Source: an uncultured Bdellovibrionales bacterium
GTDB lineage: Bacteria > Bdellovibrionota_C > UBA2361 > SZUA-149 > CALKYB01
Assembly (NCBI GenBank): GCA_964510575.1
Contig: CAZECN010000001.1
Coordinates: 2,131-66,130, forward strand
Direction: 5' to 3'
Length of the DNA: 64,000 nt
In this document: in pieces, positions 28,330 to 38,320 of the stretch
Layout of the letters: every line of letters begins with the position of its first letter
Position numbering within the stretch: the first letter of the stretch is position 1
Program-made: the position numbers and the translations under genes
The notes under the pieces: model-generated
What the model saw: the letters and a program-made list of their open reading frames with translations, nothing else
Told to the model about the DNA's origin: nothing
The model's database searches: none

Positions 28330-29934
28330 TTAATTTAAAGCTTCCCAACCAATCTGCCAGTTTTCCTTTCTCATCCATTCGAGCGAAGTTCTAATATCGT
28401 TTGGATATAAGCCAGGTGTGAGACTGATCGGAACGCTTGAGTCTCGTTTTTCTAGAGTCTTTAGCCATGTTTTGTTTTCGATCCCCTTGGAAGTGAAATC
28501 CTGATAACTGCTAACTAAAGTTAACTGCATAAAGAAATAGAAACAGCAGAAGATTTGCGCAGACCAATAAACTGCAGGTTTGTTCAGATGCTTAGCAAAT
28601 AGAGCGAGCAACGGTATGATAAAAATACATAAGCCCGGCAGAGCAGTATATTGATACCTTAAGGTTAAAGAGTTGTGATATCCCCAAGCTGACCGTCCGT
28701 AAGTGAGAAGCAGAAAAGCAGCAATCATCCAGATTTGACCAGTGAACCAGAGCGAGAGTGAGCTGTCACCCGGGCGATACCTTCTAATTAGAATCAACAA
28801 CGAACCGAGTGAGATATATACTCCTAGGTAAAAGAATAGATTCTCTGGATCTTTAAAATTACTAGTTGGGTTAAGGAGAGGGGTGTCTTTGGCTGTATCA
28901 AAAAACTCTCTTGAATCACCATATAAAAGGCCTGGATAGAGACCAAGGCCTCTAACAACAGTTCCTAGTTGAGTTCCATAAACCAGATACTTTGCTACTT
29001 GTTTATTGGATTGAATTGGTGCAACTACGCCTAAGCCATGACCTTCTGAGCTGCTTTGAGTACCTACGTAAAGACCAACTGGGATAAGCATGGCTAAAGA
29101 AGAAGCAATAGCCAGATTCTTTATTTCCCTAGTGAGAACTCTACCTGCATGAAGATATTCTCTCAGGGCAATGCAAAAAATAAACAGGATAACGATGAAG
29201 CCGTTACCAAAACATAGTGGTGCCAGGGCAGAGGATGTCATAGACCAAACAAGATTTTTCCCTCTACCAGTTTGGGTGTATTCCAAGCCATGAAGTACAG
29301 CTAAAAAAGTGAATGTAGCTGAAATAAGTAGACATTGCTCGAACGCCCAGTGCAGAGCTTCTGAGTGAAGGGCACTGAGAAGAAATAGAAAGGCAATGGT
29401 TCTTGAGACCTGTTCAATTTGTTTAAAATTTCTACCTAATATCCTTAGTATTTTAAGTAGTAAAACAGAGTTTAGGGCATGGATGGCCGAAGAAATATAT
29501 AGAAAGAAACAGTAGTCATCTCCAAACAACTTGAGTTGAAAAAAGTAACTTAGAAAAGAAATTGGGATGAAGTGTTCGTTGTGTCCAATAAAAGCAGCGC
29601 TGATACCGTCGTTTTTAAATCTTTCGATGAGGTGCCATTCATCCCAGAAAAAGAAAAGAGAAGCTTTGTAAAACACGAGTACTGAGAAGCAATAAAAGAG
29701 CAAAGTCATTGCGGTATCGGAAATTTTCTCTTTGAGAAAAAATCTTAGCCAGACAGCTAGAGTTAGCGAAGCGCAAAGCGCAGTCCAGGACCTTGAAGAA
29801 GCTAGATCTAGATTCGTAGCCGAGAGATAGGCTGAGTCGTGAGAGAGAAAAGATAAAAGCCCTAGTATGGCAAAAGAAATTAAAGTTAGAAGTCTGAAGA
29901 TAAGAGAGTTAGACATTAACAGGGAAGCTTGCAA
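28330..29934 (-). CDS. Polytopic membrane protein (possible GT-C-like; DE motif in the first loop)
   Basis: 534 aa, more than 10 TM helices, FFFWDEWH in an early loop. Downstream of and same-strand as the FG-GAP gene. Confidence 0.45.
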   Translation of the reverse strand: MQASLLMSNSLIFRLLTLISFAILGLLSFLSHDSAYLSATNLDLASSRSWTALCASLTLAVWLRFFLKEKISDTAMTLLFYCFSVLVFYKASLFFFWDEWHLIERFKNDGISAAFIGHNEHFIPISFLSYFFQLKLFGDDYCFFLYISSAIHALNSVLLLKILRILGRNFKQIEQVSRTIAFLFLLSALHSEALHWAFEQCLLISATFTFLAVLHGLEYTQTGRGKNLVWSMTSSALAPLCFGNGFIVILFIFCIALREYLHAGRVLTREIKNLAIASSLAMLIPVGLYVGTQSSSEGHGLGVVAPIQSNKQVAKYLVYGTQLGTVVRGLGLYPGLLYGDSREFFDTAKDTPLLNPTSNFKDPENLFFYLGVYISLGSLLILIRRYRPGDSSLSLWFTGQIWMIAAFLLLTYGRSAWGYHNSLTLRYQYTALPGLCIFIIPLLALFAKHLNKPAVYWSAQIFCCFYFFMQLTLVSSYQDFTSKGIENKTWLKTLEKRDSSVPISLTPGLYPNDIRTSLEWMRKENWQIGWEALN

Positions 29935-30022
29935 AGTCAGGGTTACGAAGTTGGGCTACTATAGTCTTTACTTTCAGAGAGAGCAAAGAGATACCTTTGG
30001 AACTCGACTGTGGATCTAAGGG

Positions 30023-32881
30023 TTAGGGAATTAGGTAGCCCAAGTTTTGCATTACCTCTCTGGAGCCTGTGCAAAGTGGCCAATCATTAGGAAATCCTCC
30101 GTGTTGGATTACTCGGATTTGGGCATCAGAAGATTGTTGGTAGAACCAATATCCTCCAGCGGGTCGATAGACGGCTAAGTCCAAAGTTCCATCTCCATCA
30201 AAGTCACCTCTGATTGGAAAATCGCCTGGCAGGCCGAATTGAGTAACTTGGAGGGAGTTCAGGCAATCAAAATTTGTTTGAGAAGGGCAAACAAACCAAT
30301 GCCCGCTGGATGGTCTGTATACAACGAGATCTGATACACCATCTCCAGTATAGTCCCCAACCATAGGTGAATCTCCTGGTAAGCCAAACTGTCGATAGAG
30401 GACATCTTCAGGGGCCGTGCTGTTGTTCTTAGAAGATTGTAGAATCCACCAGAAACCATCACTAGGTCTCCAAACTGCTAGGTCGTCTCGATTGTCGCCA
30501 TCAAAGTCGGAGGGAACAGGAATATCACCATTAAGTCCCCAGCTAAGTCCAATAGCCCCTTCAGCGCTTCTTATGCTCCAAAACTCTCCGCTGCTTGGTC
30601 TAAATACCGTGGGATCGTCAACGCTATCACCATCTAGGTCTGTGACAATCGGAACATCTCCCAAGACTCCCCAGCCTTGCACCCTTTGTTCTTCAAGGCC
30701 TGATAAGTTGGCAACGAAGGAAGTAAAGGGATCCACTCTACCTCGAAATATTAAGGGGTCAGTGAGCTGATCGCCGTTTAAATCAGCACCAATAAAAATA
30801 TCCAGGTTAGCGAATCCATAAGGAAAAGAACTAACTGAATCGATCGAACTGTTTCTAATAAACCAATGGGCTTCTTGAAAATCTCCACCGCCTCTTACTA
30901 CGGCAATGTCAGTTTTTAGGTCACCATCAAAATCACAAGGAGCACGAGGAGCTATTTCAGGAGCTGGGGGCAAGGCAATTGCTCGAACCTCAACCTCAAC
31001 GTCTGAATAAAAGTAGCTGGTATTTACCCCATCTCCAATTACGGCGTAAATATAGTAGTCACCTTCAGGAACCTCTTCCGCGTTCCACTGGAAACTAGAA
31101 GCTCCATTTGATAGCCCTTCGATAGAGCCAATTGAGACCCCGTTAAAACCTTCTCTGTCAGTGTCGTAGAAAAATTCTACTTCCATTGTTTGAGACTCTG
31201 GATCATTTAGTTCGAAAGTAATTTGATAAGACCTGTCTTCAGAAGTGATGTTTTCTGCATAGAGGCCAGCCCAGTCGATTGCGAATGGAGTAATATCTCC
31301 AGCTTCTAAGGGGTCAAAACGAACCAAATCGATGCTTTCCATCTGAGTCCAAGGGATTCCTGATTCAAAAGACTCTGGATCCCAAAGATCGATGCAAAAA
31401 TCCACAAAACCATTTTCGTAGTCAGGAAAAGTTTGAGAGCGTTCGATAAGCTCATGAGCTTTAGTACTACCAAGTTGTCCATTGCTACGATTCAACCAAA
31501 CTAAACGAGCTACCCAACCTGCTCGATTCAATTCAACAGGGTCGCCGTCCCTTACTAATTCGACCGGATCGACCTGCATGCTGTAACAGAAATATCGATA
31601 CTTATTTGGGTCAATTGGTTTATCAGTTGGAACTGAAAAATGGACTTGAGTATCGACAGTGCCGAGGTCTCTATCAAAATCAGTTTTAGCCTGAAAAGTT
31701 CCATTTTCAATTTTAGGATCATGAAACCCTCGAAAGAGAGAGTCTTGTAAACTACCATCAGGGTTAAACACATTAACTAGGTCGCTGAAGCTACTCATGT
31801 CCCAAGGATCACCTCGCTCTGAGTTAGCGTATTCTTCGCCACCCATTCTTGAAGGTGATTTGAATTTAATGGTGGGCTTTCCGTTGATTACTATCGGTCC
31901 AATATAATTACTTTGTGAAATAGTACTTGGACCTTCAAAACTGTCGTTTTCAAGTTGAGCGTAAAAATAGTAACTGCCCGGAGGAAGAATACCAGACTTT
32001 ATCGAGAAGTCCCCGCTACCAGTAATTAAGCCTCTCTGGATTATATCTCCATCATAGCCTGAGGAGTTTTGGTCCACGTAAATTACAACATTGTTTCCTG
32101 TGGAGTTAGGTAACTCTCCAGTGGTAGACCAGCTTAGGTTTATTGAAGGAGAAGTGTTTGGATCTATAATTCTAAACCAGTCGTAAGCTATTGAACCGCC
32201 TGCGGGCTGAATTAAGGTTGTAAAAAGAGAAAGCCCTCTAACTTCCCCAGCCCAAGGGTGATCAAGTGGAGCTGAGGCTTTCAAGTCATTGGTCTTAATA
32301 CTGAGAGTGTTGGGAGAGTTAGGAAAGAATGTATTTAATCCAGTGAGTTGAAAACCATCAAAAAATTCACTTCCCAAAAAGGCAAAGCTATTATCGAGGG
32401 ACCATAGAACAGCGTATTGACTAGGATTTGAGGTAGAATTTCTAAAAGACAGTAGGCTATATTTGTCGGCGTTTAGAGGGAGATGGGCCCCAAGGCGACC
32501 GCAATTTTCTCTGTAGGCTAGTTGAGAGCCTAAGGTTGGTACCGGCATTATACCAACAATCGGTTGTCCAATTTCTGGGTGAGTTCCATTCCAAATGCCG
32601 GCGGAGATAGTTTCCGGTTCGAAGTGCCAACCGTCGAAACCAATATCACAGGTATCGTTAAAATTTTTCCCTTGGCCCCAGACATCAGTAAAAAAATCTT
32701 CAGCATCAGGCAGTTCAAGATTGGAGGGGCCTGATAGTGCAATCGACTGTGCCAATGAGAGGCGTGGGAGCGTTATTGAGAATAGAAGGGCAAATACAGC
32801 AAAAATCGAGAGTCTGATCGTAGAGAAGCCTTCGATCTTTAGTTTTCTTTGCGGTAATTTGGGAGCTTCATGGTTGAGCAC
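30023..32881 (-). CDS. Large secreted protein with C-terminal FG-GAP/VCBS beta-propeller repeats
   Basis: Signal peptide. At least 7 repeats of the D-x-D/N-G-D-x-x-x-D...R(P)xxG-x-W type (DFDGDNRDDLAVWRPSDGFWW, DYTGDGVSDLVVYRPSSGHWF, DFDGDGTLDLAVYRPAGGYWF). Confidence 0.7.
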   Translation of the reverse strand: MLNHEAPKLPQRKLKIEGFSTIRLSIFAVFALLFSITLPRLSLAQSIALSGPSNLELPDAEDFFTDVWGQGKNFNDTCDIGFDGWHFEPETISAGIWNGTHPEIGQPIVGIMPVPTLGSQLAYRENCGRLGAHLPLNADKYSLLSFRNSTSNPSQYAVLWSLDNSFAFLGSEFFDGFQLTGLNTFFPNSPNTLSIKTNDLKASAPLDHPWAGEVRGLSLFTTLIQPAGGSIAYDWFRIIDPNTSPSINLSWSTTGELPNSTGNNVVIYVDQNSSGYDGDIIQRGLITGSGDFSIKSGILPPGSYYFYAQLENDSFEGPSTISQSNYIGPIVINGKPTIKFKSPSRMGGEEYANSERGDPWDMSSFSDLVNVFNPDGSLQDSLFRGFHDPKIENGTFQAKTDFDRDLGTVDTQVHFSVPTDKPIDPNKYRYFCYSMQVDPVELVRDGDPVELNRAGWVARLVWLNRSNGQLGSTKAHELIERSQTFPDYENGFVDFCIDLWDPESFESGIPWTQMESIDLVRFDPLEAGDITPFAIDWAGLYAENITSEDRSYQITFELNDPESQTMEVEFFYDTDREGFNGVSIGSIEGLSNGASSFQWNAEEVPEGDYYIYAVIGDGVNTSYFYSDVEVEVRAIALPPAPEIAPRAPCDFDGDLKTDIAVVRGGGDFQEAHWFIRNSSIDSVSSFPYGFANLDIFIGADLNGDQLTDPLIFRGRVDPFTSFVANLSGLEEQRVQGWGVLGDVPIVTDLDGDSVDDPTVFRPSSGEFWSIRSAEGAIGLSWGLNGDIPVPSDFDGDNRDDLAVWRPSDGFWWILQSSKNNSTAPEDVLYRQFGLPGDSPMVGDYTGDGVSDLVVYRPSSGHWFVCPSQTNFDCLNSLQVTQFGLPGDFPIRGDFDGDGTLDLAVYRPAGGYWFYQQSSDAQIRVIQHGGFPNDWPLCTGSREVMQNLGYLIP

Positions 32882-33077
32882 TGGTCTGCTAATGTCGGAT
32901 ACTGTTTATAAAAAATTGCAAAAGGGGTTTAACAGGCCATTTCCCTTGAAAAATAGCCAGATCTACAGCAAAATACTAAGTCCGTCTATTGGTAATTTGT
33001 AGTTGTTCGTTTTTAGCAAACTGGCTCAGGGTTAGTTTTTTGTTTTAACATCTTACTGTGGTTACCAACATCTTTTC

Positions 33078-34835
33078 TTGGAAAGAGCGATTTTGATCGA
33101 AACTATACTGCTATCGAGCCTAATTTATCTTCTGGTGACCCTTTTTCCTTTGTCCCTGGGTCATTGCTTGTTCGGAAAAATTGTCCCAGGCAGCGCTGGC
33201 CTAAAGATATCGCTGGAATTTTGTTTAGGGGTCTTTTCTTTGTGTCTTCTAACGACTGTCCTTACCTTATCCGGTTTGGAGCATGCATCAATTCGGATTT
33301 TGCTTATCCTCCTTATGGGCCTTTCCTTTTTTCTGAGTTTTTCAGGGGATAGGTTTTTGGCGGACTGTAGGAAAGGTCACTTGGCCGGCTATCTGCTTGG
33401 ATTACTTTCTACTTTAATATTTTCTCTTTATCTCTGTTTCCCAAATGGCCTTGTAGGGGAAGCGTTGGTTGATACATCGATGATGATTACGGGACTGCCA
33501 GTGGATCTAATCATTCCATATAATTTTTCAAGAATCATGCTTGAGGGAATTGATCCCAATAGCGTTGATATAGTTCCCGGATGGGGTGCGGGAGATAGAG
33601 GGCCCATCGCTGCCATATTGAACAGCGCGGTTTTCTATATGGCTGGTCTAAAAGAGAGTGCAAACTGGATGGGCTCCAGCCAAGGCCTGTTCTTTCTGTA
33701 CCAAACTCTGGTTATTGCTCTAAACTCTCTTGGCTTAGTAGTAGTTTGGTTTTTTACTTATGAACGCTATGGCTCTCGCGCTGCGGCCTACGCTTCTGTA
33801 GCTCTACTAAGCTGTTACTTTGTCGCCCTTAATATGATGTTCGCTTGGCCAAAGTTTTTTATGGCAGCAATTCTGATTGCTTCTTTGTGGTTGTGGTTTG
33901 AGCATAAGCGGTGGTTTCTTTCAGGGTTAATTGCTGGTCTTGCGATGTTAAGTCACGACTCCGCAATCTTCACCATTGCAGCTTTCGGAGCTTTTGCCTT
34001 TGCTTTAAAAGTTTATGAAGTTTTAAAAATAAAGAACGTGCCGCTGTTTGGTGCGATACGTGACTTAGCAATTTACCCTATAGGCTTTTGTTTTGCACTT
34101 TCTCCATGGCTAATTGCCAAAGCAGTTTTCTTCAAGAGTTCTCCTCGTCTGCTTTATATGCACCTTTTCTGTTATACGGACGAGAATTTAGAGGGAGTGA
34201 CTCTATCGTCCCTGGCTAGAGACTATTTCCAGGAAAATGGTTTACTAGGGGCTCTCAAGATCAGGCTTGATAATATGGTTTACCCTTTTGACTACAGGCC
34301 TGTCTTTGAGGCTGTTTCTGAAAGTGGAAGCGGTCTTTACAGTTTTATTGGATATATTTCACCTTACCAATTTCTACAGGCGGGTGTTTCATTCGGCCCT
34401 TTTTTGCTGCTGCTTTTTGTTTTATCGATTTTTCAACAATGGCAAGGTCGGGACCTTCAGCTGCTAATGCTCAATCTGGTTGCTTTTTTGTCCCTTTTCT
34501 TTGTTTCATTAATTTCGGGCTGTTCAGGTAACACAGTTAGCCATATCTGGGCCTATCCAGCCTTCTTAACATTTGCTATTGCCTTGGGCAGTCTGCTCAA
34601 AGATGGAAATGGAATAATACAGCTTTTATTCTCTCTTGGGGTGGGTATTAACGGAGCTATTGCCTATATCTATTTATTTTACCGCTCTGGTACTAAACCT
34701 TTTCTTCATGGTTCATATCAATGGTACGCAGGGTTGATTGGACTTGCTGTGCTGATCCTTATTTTATTGGTATGGGGAGCAGTAGATGAAAATAAATTCA
34801 CAAACGTAGGGACGTGCAAGAAAAATCGAGACTGA
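33078..34835 (+). CDS. Polytopic membrane protein of unknown function
   Basis: 585 aa, more than 12 TM helices. Divergent from the 30023..32881 gene and upstream of the second FG-GAP gene. Confidence 0.45.
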   Translation: MERAILIETILLSSLIYLLVTLFPLSLGHCLFGKIVPGSAGLKISLEFCLGVFSLCLLTTVLTLSGLEHASIRILLILLMGLSFFLSFSGDRFLADCRKGHLAGYLLGLLSTLIFSLYLCFPNGLVGEALVDTSMMITGLPVDLIIPYNFSRIMLEGIDPNSVDIVPGWGAGDRGPIAAILNSAVFYMAGLKESANWMGSSQGLFFLYQTLVIALNSLGLVVVWFFTYERYGSRAAAYASVALLSCYFVALNMMFAWPKFFMAAILIASLWLWFEHKRWFLSGLIAGLAMLSHDSAIFTIAAFGAFAFALKVYEVLKIKNVPLFGAIRDLAIYPIGFCFALSPWLIAKAVFFKSSPRLLYMHLFCYTDENLEGVTLSSLARDYFQENGLLGALKIRLDNMVYPFDYRPVFEAVSESGSGLYSFIGYISPYQFLQAGVSFGPFLLLLFVLSIFQQWQGRDLQLLMLNLVAFLSLFFVSLISGCSGNTVSHIWAYPAFLTFAIALGSLLKDGNGIIQLLFSLGVGINGAIAYIYLFYRSGTKPFLHGSYQWYAGLIGLAVLILILLVWGAVDENKFTNVGTCKKNRD

Positions 34836-34952
34836 TAACTTTGATTTTGCAGAGTTGGGTGGACAAATGCTAGTCGCATTTGTAGTCTTGTGTGAATTTA
34901 TACTTGTCTTCTGGCCTGATTTTACAAGTAAAATCAGGCTGGCGGGTATTCG

Positions 34953-36785
34953 GTGCTTTCCCTGTTCATAATGAATACCGTGATTCGTTGCAGCAGCTTT
35001 AAATTCCCTCTCTCTTTGATCCTATCAGTATTACTGGTCGTAGCACTGATATTGCCTCTTAGTTTTCGTCTAGTTGATGACAATAAGCATCCTCAGCCAG
35101 GTCACTCGAGGCTTGCTGATTTAGAAGATTTGCAAGATTTAAAGACTAAAATTCAAATACATTCGGTTTCATCTAGTGGTGATAGGCTTGTTGGAGTTTT
35201 GGAGGAAGAAAACCGCAAACCAGTTTTGCTTGAAGCCTCTGGAGCTCAGACTCTTGCTGACCGGAGTTTTGACGTTAGGGGTAGAATTGCTACCGATGGA
35301 AACGTTAATAGAATAGCTTTTTTTAATTCTCTTGATGCTGAAAATAGTGAACTAGTTGTTTGGGAAGCCGGCTTTGGAGTTCAAACTATTTCTGAAGCTA
35401 AATTTACTTCAGGATGGAATTTGGATTTCTCCGAATCAGGTCGAGAACTTAGAATTTGGAAAACTGATTCTAAAGCTGAATTAAATGGAGGAAAGTTTGG
35501 CGAGCTAGGATCTTCTCTAGCTTATAAAGTTATTCTCAAAAGAGGGGGGACTCAAAATTCACACAAGTCTCGTGTTGAAGATTCAGACTGGAAATTAGCA
35601 GTTGATATTTTACCTTTGACCTTCGCTAAAGAATCTACAAGTACAGCCGGTGAAAAACTTAAAGATTCCTTTTCTTGGCATGGTGAATTTGCAAGCAAGG
35701 CAGGCGAGATAGCGAGCAACACTTTTGTTAAAGATGATGTGGATGGAGATCGCATTTCGGATTTAGTTCTATTTGGGCCAGGTGATCAACTTCCCTATTG
35801 GCAAGCTATTATGCTTGGCGGATTTGATGGTTCTTCAAAAAAAGTAGCAGGTAAAAAGGGAAGAAGAGGCACTTGGCGGTTGGGAAAGAATTCTGCCGTA
35901 CCACTTTCGGCTGATTTTGATGGAGATGGTTTTTTAGATATTGCCACCTACTTACCTCAGAACAATGTCTTGTCTGAAGGGGACTCTTCAAATTGGGAAG
36001 TATATTTTAGCTCAGGAAAAAGATTAGCTAATCAGCCATTATGGCCGCAGTCTAAGAAGTTACTTTATGGTTTCGGAGATATGCTCGCTGTCACGGGAGA
36101 CTTTGATGGCGATAAAATTTCCGATATTGGTTTGTATCAAGTGAACACTGGAGACTGGCGTATTCTTTACGCCAGTGGACGTTTTAATCTTTTTAAGGGT
36201 GTTCAGGGAGACGCTAGTTTTGGGAAAGAGCTAGTTTTTTCACCCGGGGGAATTCCAATAGTTGGCGATTATAACGGCGATGGTTTTACAGACCTGGCCA
36301 CTTACCTTAGAGCTGCAAACGGCGATGGAGTTTGGGATCTAAAGTTTCTTGGTCCCGATAAGCCAAGAGGAAGAAGAAGTATTCTTTTTGGAAAAAAGGG
36401 AGACGTGCCAGTTCCAGGTGATTTTAACTGTAATGGTAAAACTGACCTAGTGGTTTTCAGGGAAAGTAGCTTTGAGTGGGTTTTTCGCTTTGGAGCAAAC
36501 AAGGTCAAAACCTTAAAGTGGAAGCCTGAGGAGATTGATGATGAGAAAGTTTACCCACTTACTGCCGATTATGACGGGGATGGTTGTAGCGATTTAGCTT
36601 ACTTTGTCCTTAGGGAGGGCTTGCCAGGAAAGTGGTTCATTTTACCATCAGGTTTTTCTGAGAAAGCATTGAAGGAGACCTATCCGCGAGGCCACAATAT
36701 CGTTATTAGTAAATCTTTTGGTCGAGAAGAGGATCTTCCAGCTCAGGTATTGCTAGGCTTTCACCATGGTAGACTGCTCAGATAG
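34953..36785 (+). CDS. Membrane-anchored or secreted protein with FG-GAP/VCBS repeats
   Basis: N-terminal TM/signal region. Repeats DVDGDRISDLVLFGPGD, DFDGDGFLDIATY, DFDGDKISDIGLYQVNTGDWRILY, DYNGDGFTDLATYL, DFNCNGKTDLVVFRESSFEW, DYDGDGCSDLAYF. Confidence 0.7.
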   Translation: MLSLFIMNTVIRCSSFKFPLSLILSVLLVVALILPLSFRLVDDNKHPQPGHSRLADLEDLQDLKTKIQIHSVSSSGDRLVGVLEEENRKPVLLEASGAQTLADRSFDVRGRIATDGNVNRIAFFNSLDAENSELVVWEAGFGVQTISEAKFTSGWNLDFSESGRELRIWKTDSKAELNGGKFGELGSSLAYKVILKRGGTQNSHKSRVEDSDWKLAVDILPLTFAKESTSTAGEKLKDSFSWHGEFASKAGEIASNTFVKDDVDGDRISDLVLFGPGDQLPYWQAIMLGGFDGSSKKVAGKKGRRGTWRLGKNSAVPLSADFDGDGFLDIATYLPQNNVLSEGDSSNWEVYFSSGKRLANQPLWPQSKKLLYGFGDMLAVTGDFDGDKISDIGLYQVNTGDWRILYASGRFNLFKGVQGDASFGKELVFSPGGIPIVGDYNGDGFTDLATYLRAANGDGVWDLKFLGPDKPRGRRSILFGKKGDVPVPGDFNCNGKTDLVVFRESSFEWVFRFGANKVKTLKWKPEEIDDEKVYPLTADYDGDGCSDLAYFVLREGLPGKWFILPSGFSEKALKETYPRGHNIVISKSFGREEDLPAQVLLGFHHGRLLR

Positions 36786-37009
36786 TAGCAAGCCTGCACT
36801 TGGCTCTGCTCTTCGTTTCTTCAAACGCCTCCTCGCTGCGGAGTATAGTCAATACGCCTCACTCGTCGGCGTTTGGGCTTATATTCTTGCGGCTTGATAA
36901 GAACCAAGTAAAGCCTAGCTATATTGTCTCGAGCTTTCGGATAGTTGCTTGTGCGGTGGGTGGTGCCGGAGTAGGCTGCCTTCTAGCATAACAACAAAAG
37001 GGAAAAGTT

Positions 37010-37747
37010 TTGGATTACCTGCTTCTGGTGGTAGTCGGAATTGTGGCCGGCGTAATGGGTGGAATTATTGGCGGTGGTGGGCTGCTGACGATGCCTCTTT
37101 TGTTCTTCCTTGATCTCGACGCTTCTTTAGTTATTGGAACTTCGTCTGTAGCTTCTCTTACCACTTGCCTTTCAGCTACTGGAGTTTTTGCTAGAGGGGA
37201 CAAGATAAAATGGAAAACATCAGCGCAATTCACTGCTCTGGCCATTCCAGCTTCTCTAATAGGATCCTGGCTGGTCTTAGTATCCAAGCCTGAAGATTTA
37301 AAAAAATATGTCGCGATTGTAATTTTGCTTTGTGTGCCTCTTCTCTTTAAAGATGAGAAGTTTGGCTTGGAAAGAAAAGAAGTCAGCAAAGCAAAGTACG
37401 CTTTCGGCATGGTTCTCTACTTCATGGCGATGATCAACGCGACAGTTGTTCCAGCTGGTGCTGCTCTTGTGACAGCTATCTTGCTGATAGGTTTTATGGG
37501 GATGAAAATCATCGAGGCTCACGCGACCTCTCTTCCTGCTAGGGTAGTTTTGCTTTCGATTGCCTGTACGGTTTTCTTTCTAAACGATAAAGTGTTACTC
37601 CCCTACGCACTCGTTTTAGGGGCAGCTTGCTTTGTAGGTGGAATCCTAGGCGCTAGAATTGCCATGAAAATGGGTAACAAATGGGTTAGAACTGCTTTTG
37701 TTTGTGTAGTTCTTACTGCCGCATTTAAGATGATTTTCGAACTATAG
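37010..37747 (+). CDS. TSUP-family (TauE/SafE) sulfite/anion exporter
   Basis: 245 aa with 7-8 TM helices and a G-rich first helix (VVGIVAGVMGGIIGGGGLLTMPLLFFL). Apparent TTG start. Confidence 0.7.
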   Translation: MDYLLLVVVGIVAGVMGGIIGGGGLLTMPLLFFLDLDASLVIGTSSVASLTTCLSATGVFARGDKIKWKTSAQFTALAIPASLIGSWLVLVSKPEDLKKYVAIVILLCVPLLFKDEKFGLERKEVSKAKYAFGMVLYFMAMINATVVPAGAALVTAILLIGFMGMKIIEAHATSLPARVVLLSIACTVFFLNDKVLLPYALVLGAACFVGGILGARIAMKMGNKWVRTAFVCVVLTAAFKMIFEL

Positions 37748-37765
37748 AAACTTTTAGGAAGTAAC

Positions 37766-38320
37766 ATGTCCACCATCGTAGCCGTCCAACGCGGAGAAGA
37801 AATCGTAGTTGGTGCTGATACCTTGACTAAATACGGGGAATCAAAAGAAACAGCAGAATTTAAAATAGACTACTCAAAGATCATCGAAGTTGGAGATAGT
37901 CTTTTTGCTTTTGTTGGTCATGCTTCTTTTGGCTTGGTTCTTCAGTCTTATGTAAAATCCCTGCTTGAGGTTCCTTCTCTTGGTAGTAGGCTTGAAATAT
38001 TTCAAATGGCTAGGACTATGCATCCAGTCTTAAAGAAAGATTATTTTATGGTTGCTAGTGAAGAGGATAGTTTTGAGGGATCGGATGTTGATTGTTTGGT
38101 AGTAAACAAAAGCGGTATTTATGGTGTTTACTCAATGCAGAATGTGCATCAGTTTAGCAAATACTATGCCTTTGGTTCTGGCAGTCAGTATGCGATGGGA
38201 GCTATGCACGCTCTATACGAAAGTGGAGCAAGTGCTAGAGAGGTTGCAGAGGCAGGTTTGTCTTCGGCGGTCTCTTTTGATGATGCCTCGGATGGACCAA
38301 TAGAGATTCGTTCGGTTTAG
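37766..38320 (+). CDS. HslV-like Ntn-hydrolase (proteasome beta-type peptidase homologue) with no adjacent hslU
   Basis: MSTIVAVQRGEEIVVGADT... vs HslV MTTIVSVRRNGHVVIAGDG.... FAFVGHASFGL vs AGFAGGTADAF. YYAFGSGSQYAMGAMHAL vs LIAIGSGGPYAQAAARAL. 184 aa. RBS AGGAAG. Confidence 0.6.
   Translation: MSTIVAVQRGEEIVVGADTLTKYGESKETAEFKIDYSKIIEVGDSLFAFVGHASFGLVLQSYVKSLLEVPSLGSRLEIFQMARTMHPVLKKDYFMVASEEDSFEGSDVDCLVVNKSGIYGVYSMQNVHQFSKYYAFGSGSQYAMGAMHALYESGASAREVAEAGLSSAVSFDDASDGPIEIRSV

Noticed and set aside
36800-36991. 63-aa ORF between the FG-GAP gene and the TauE gene
   Set aside because: Low-complexity, no RBS, and it overlaps the conserved downstream noncoding element. Probably not coding.
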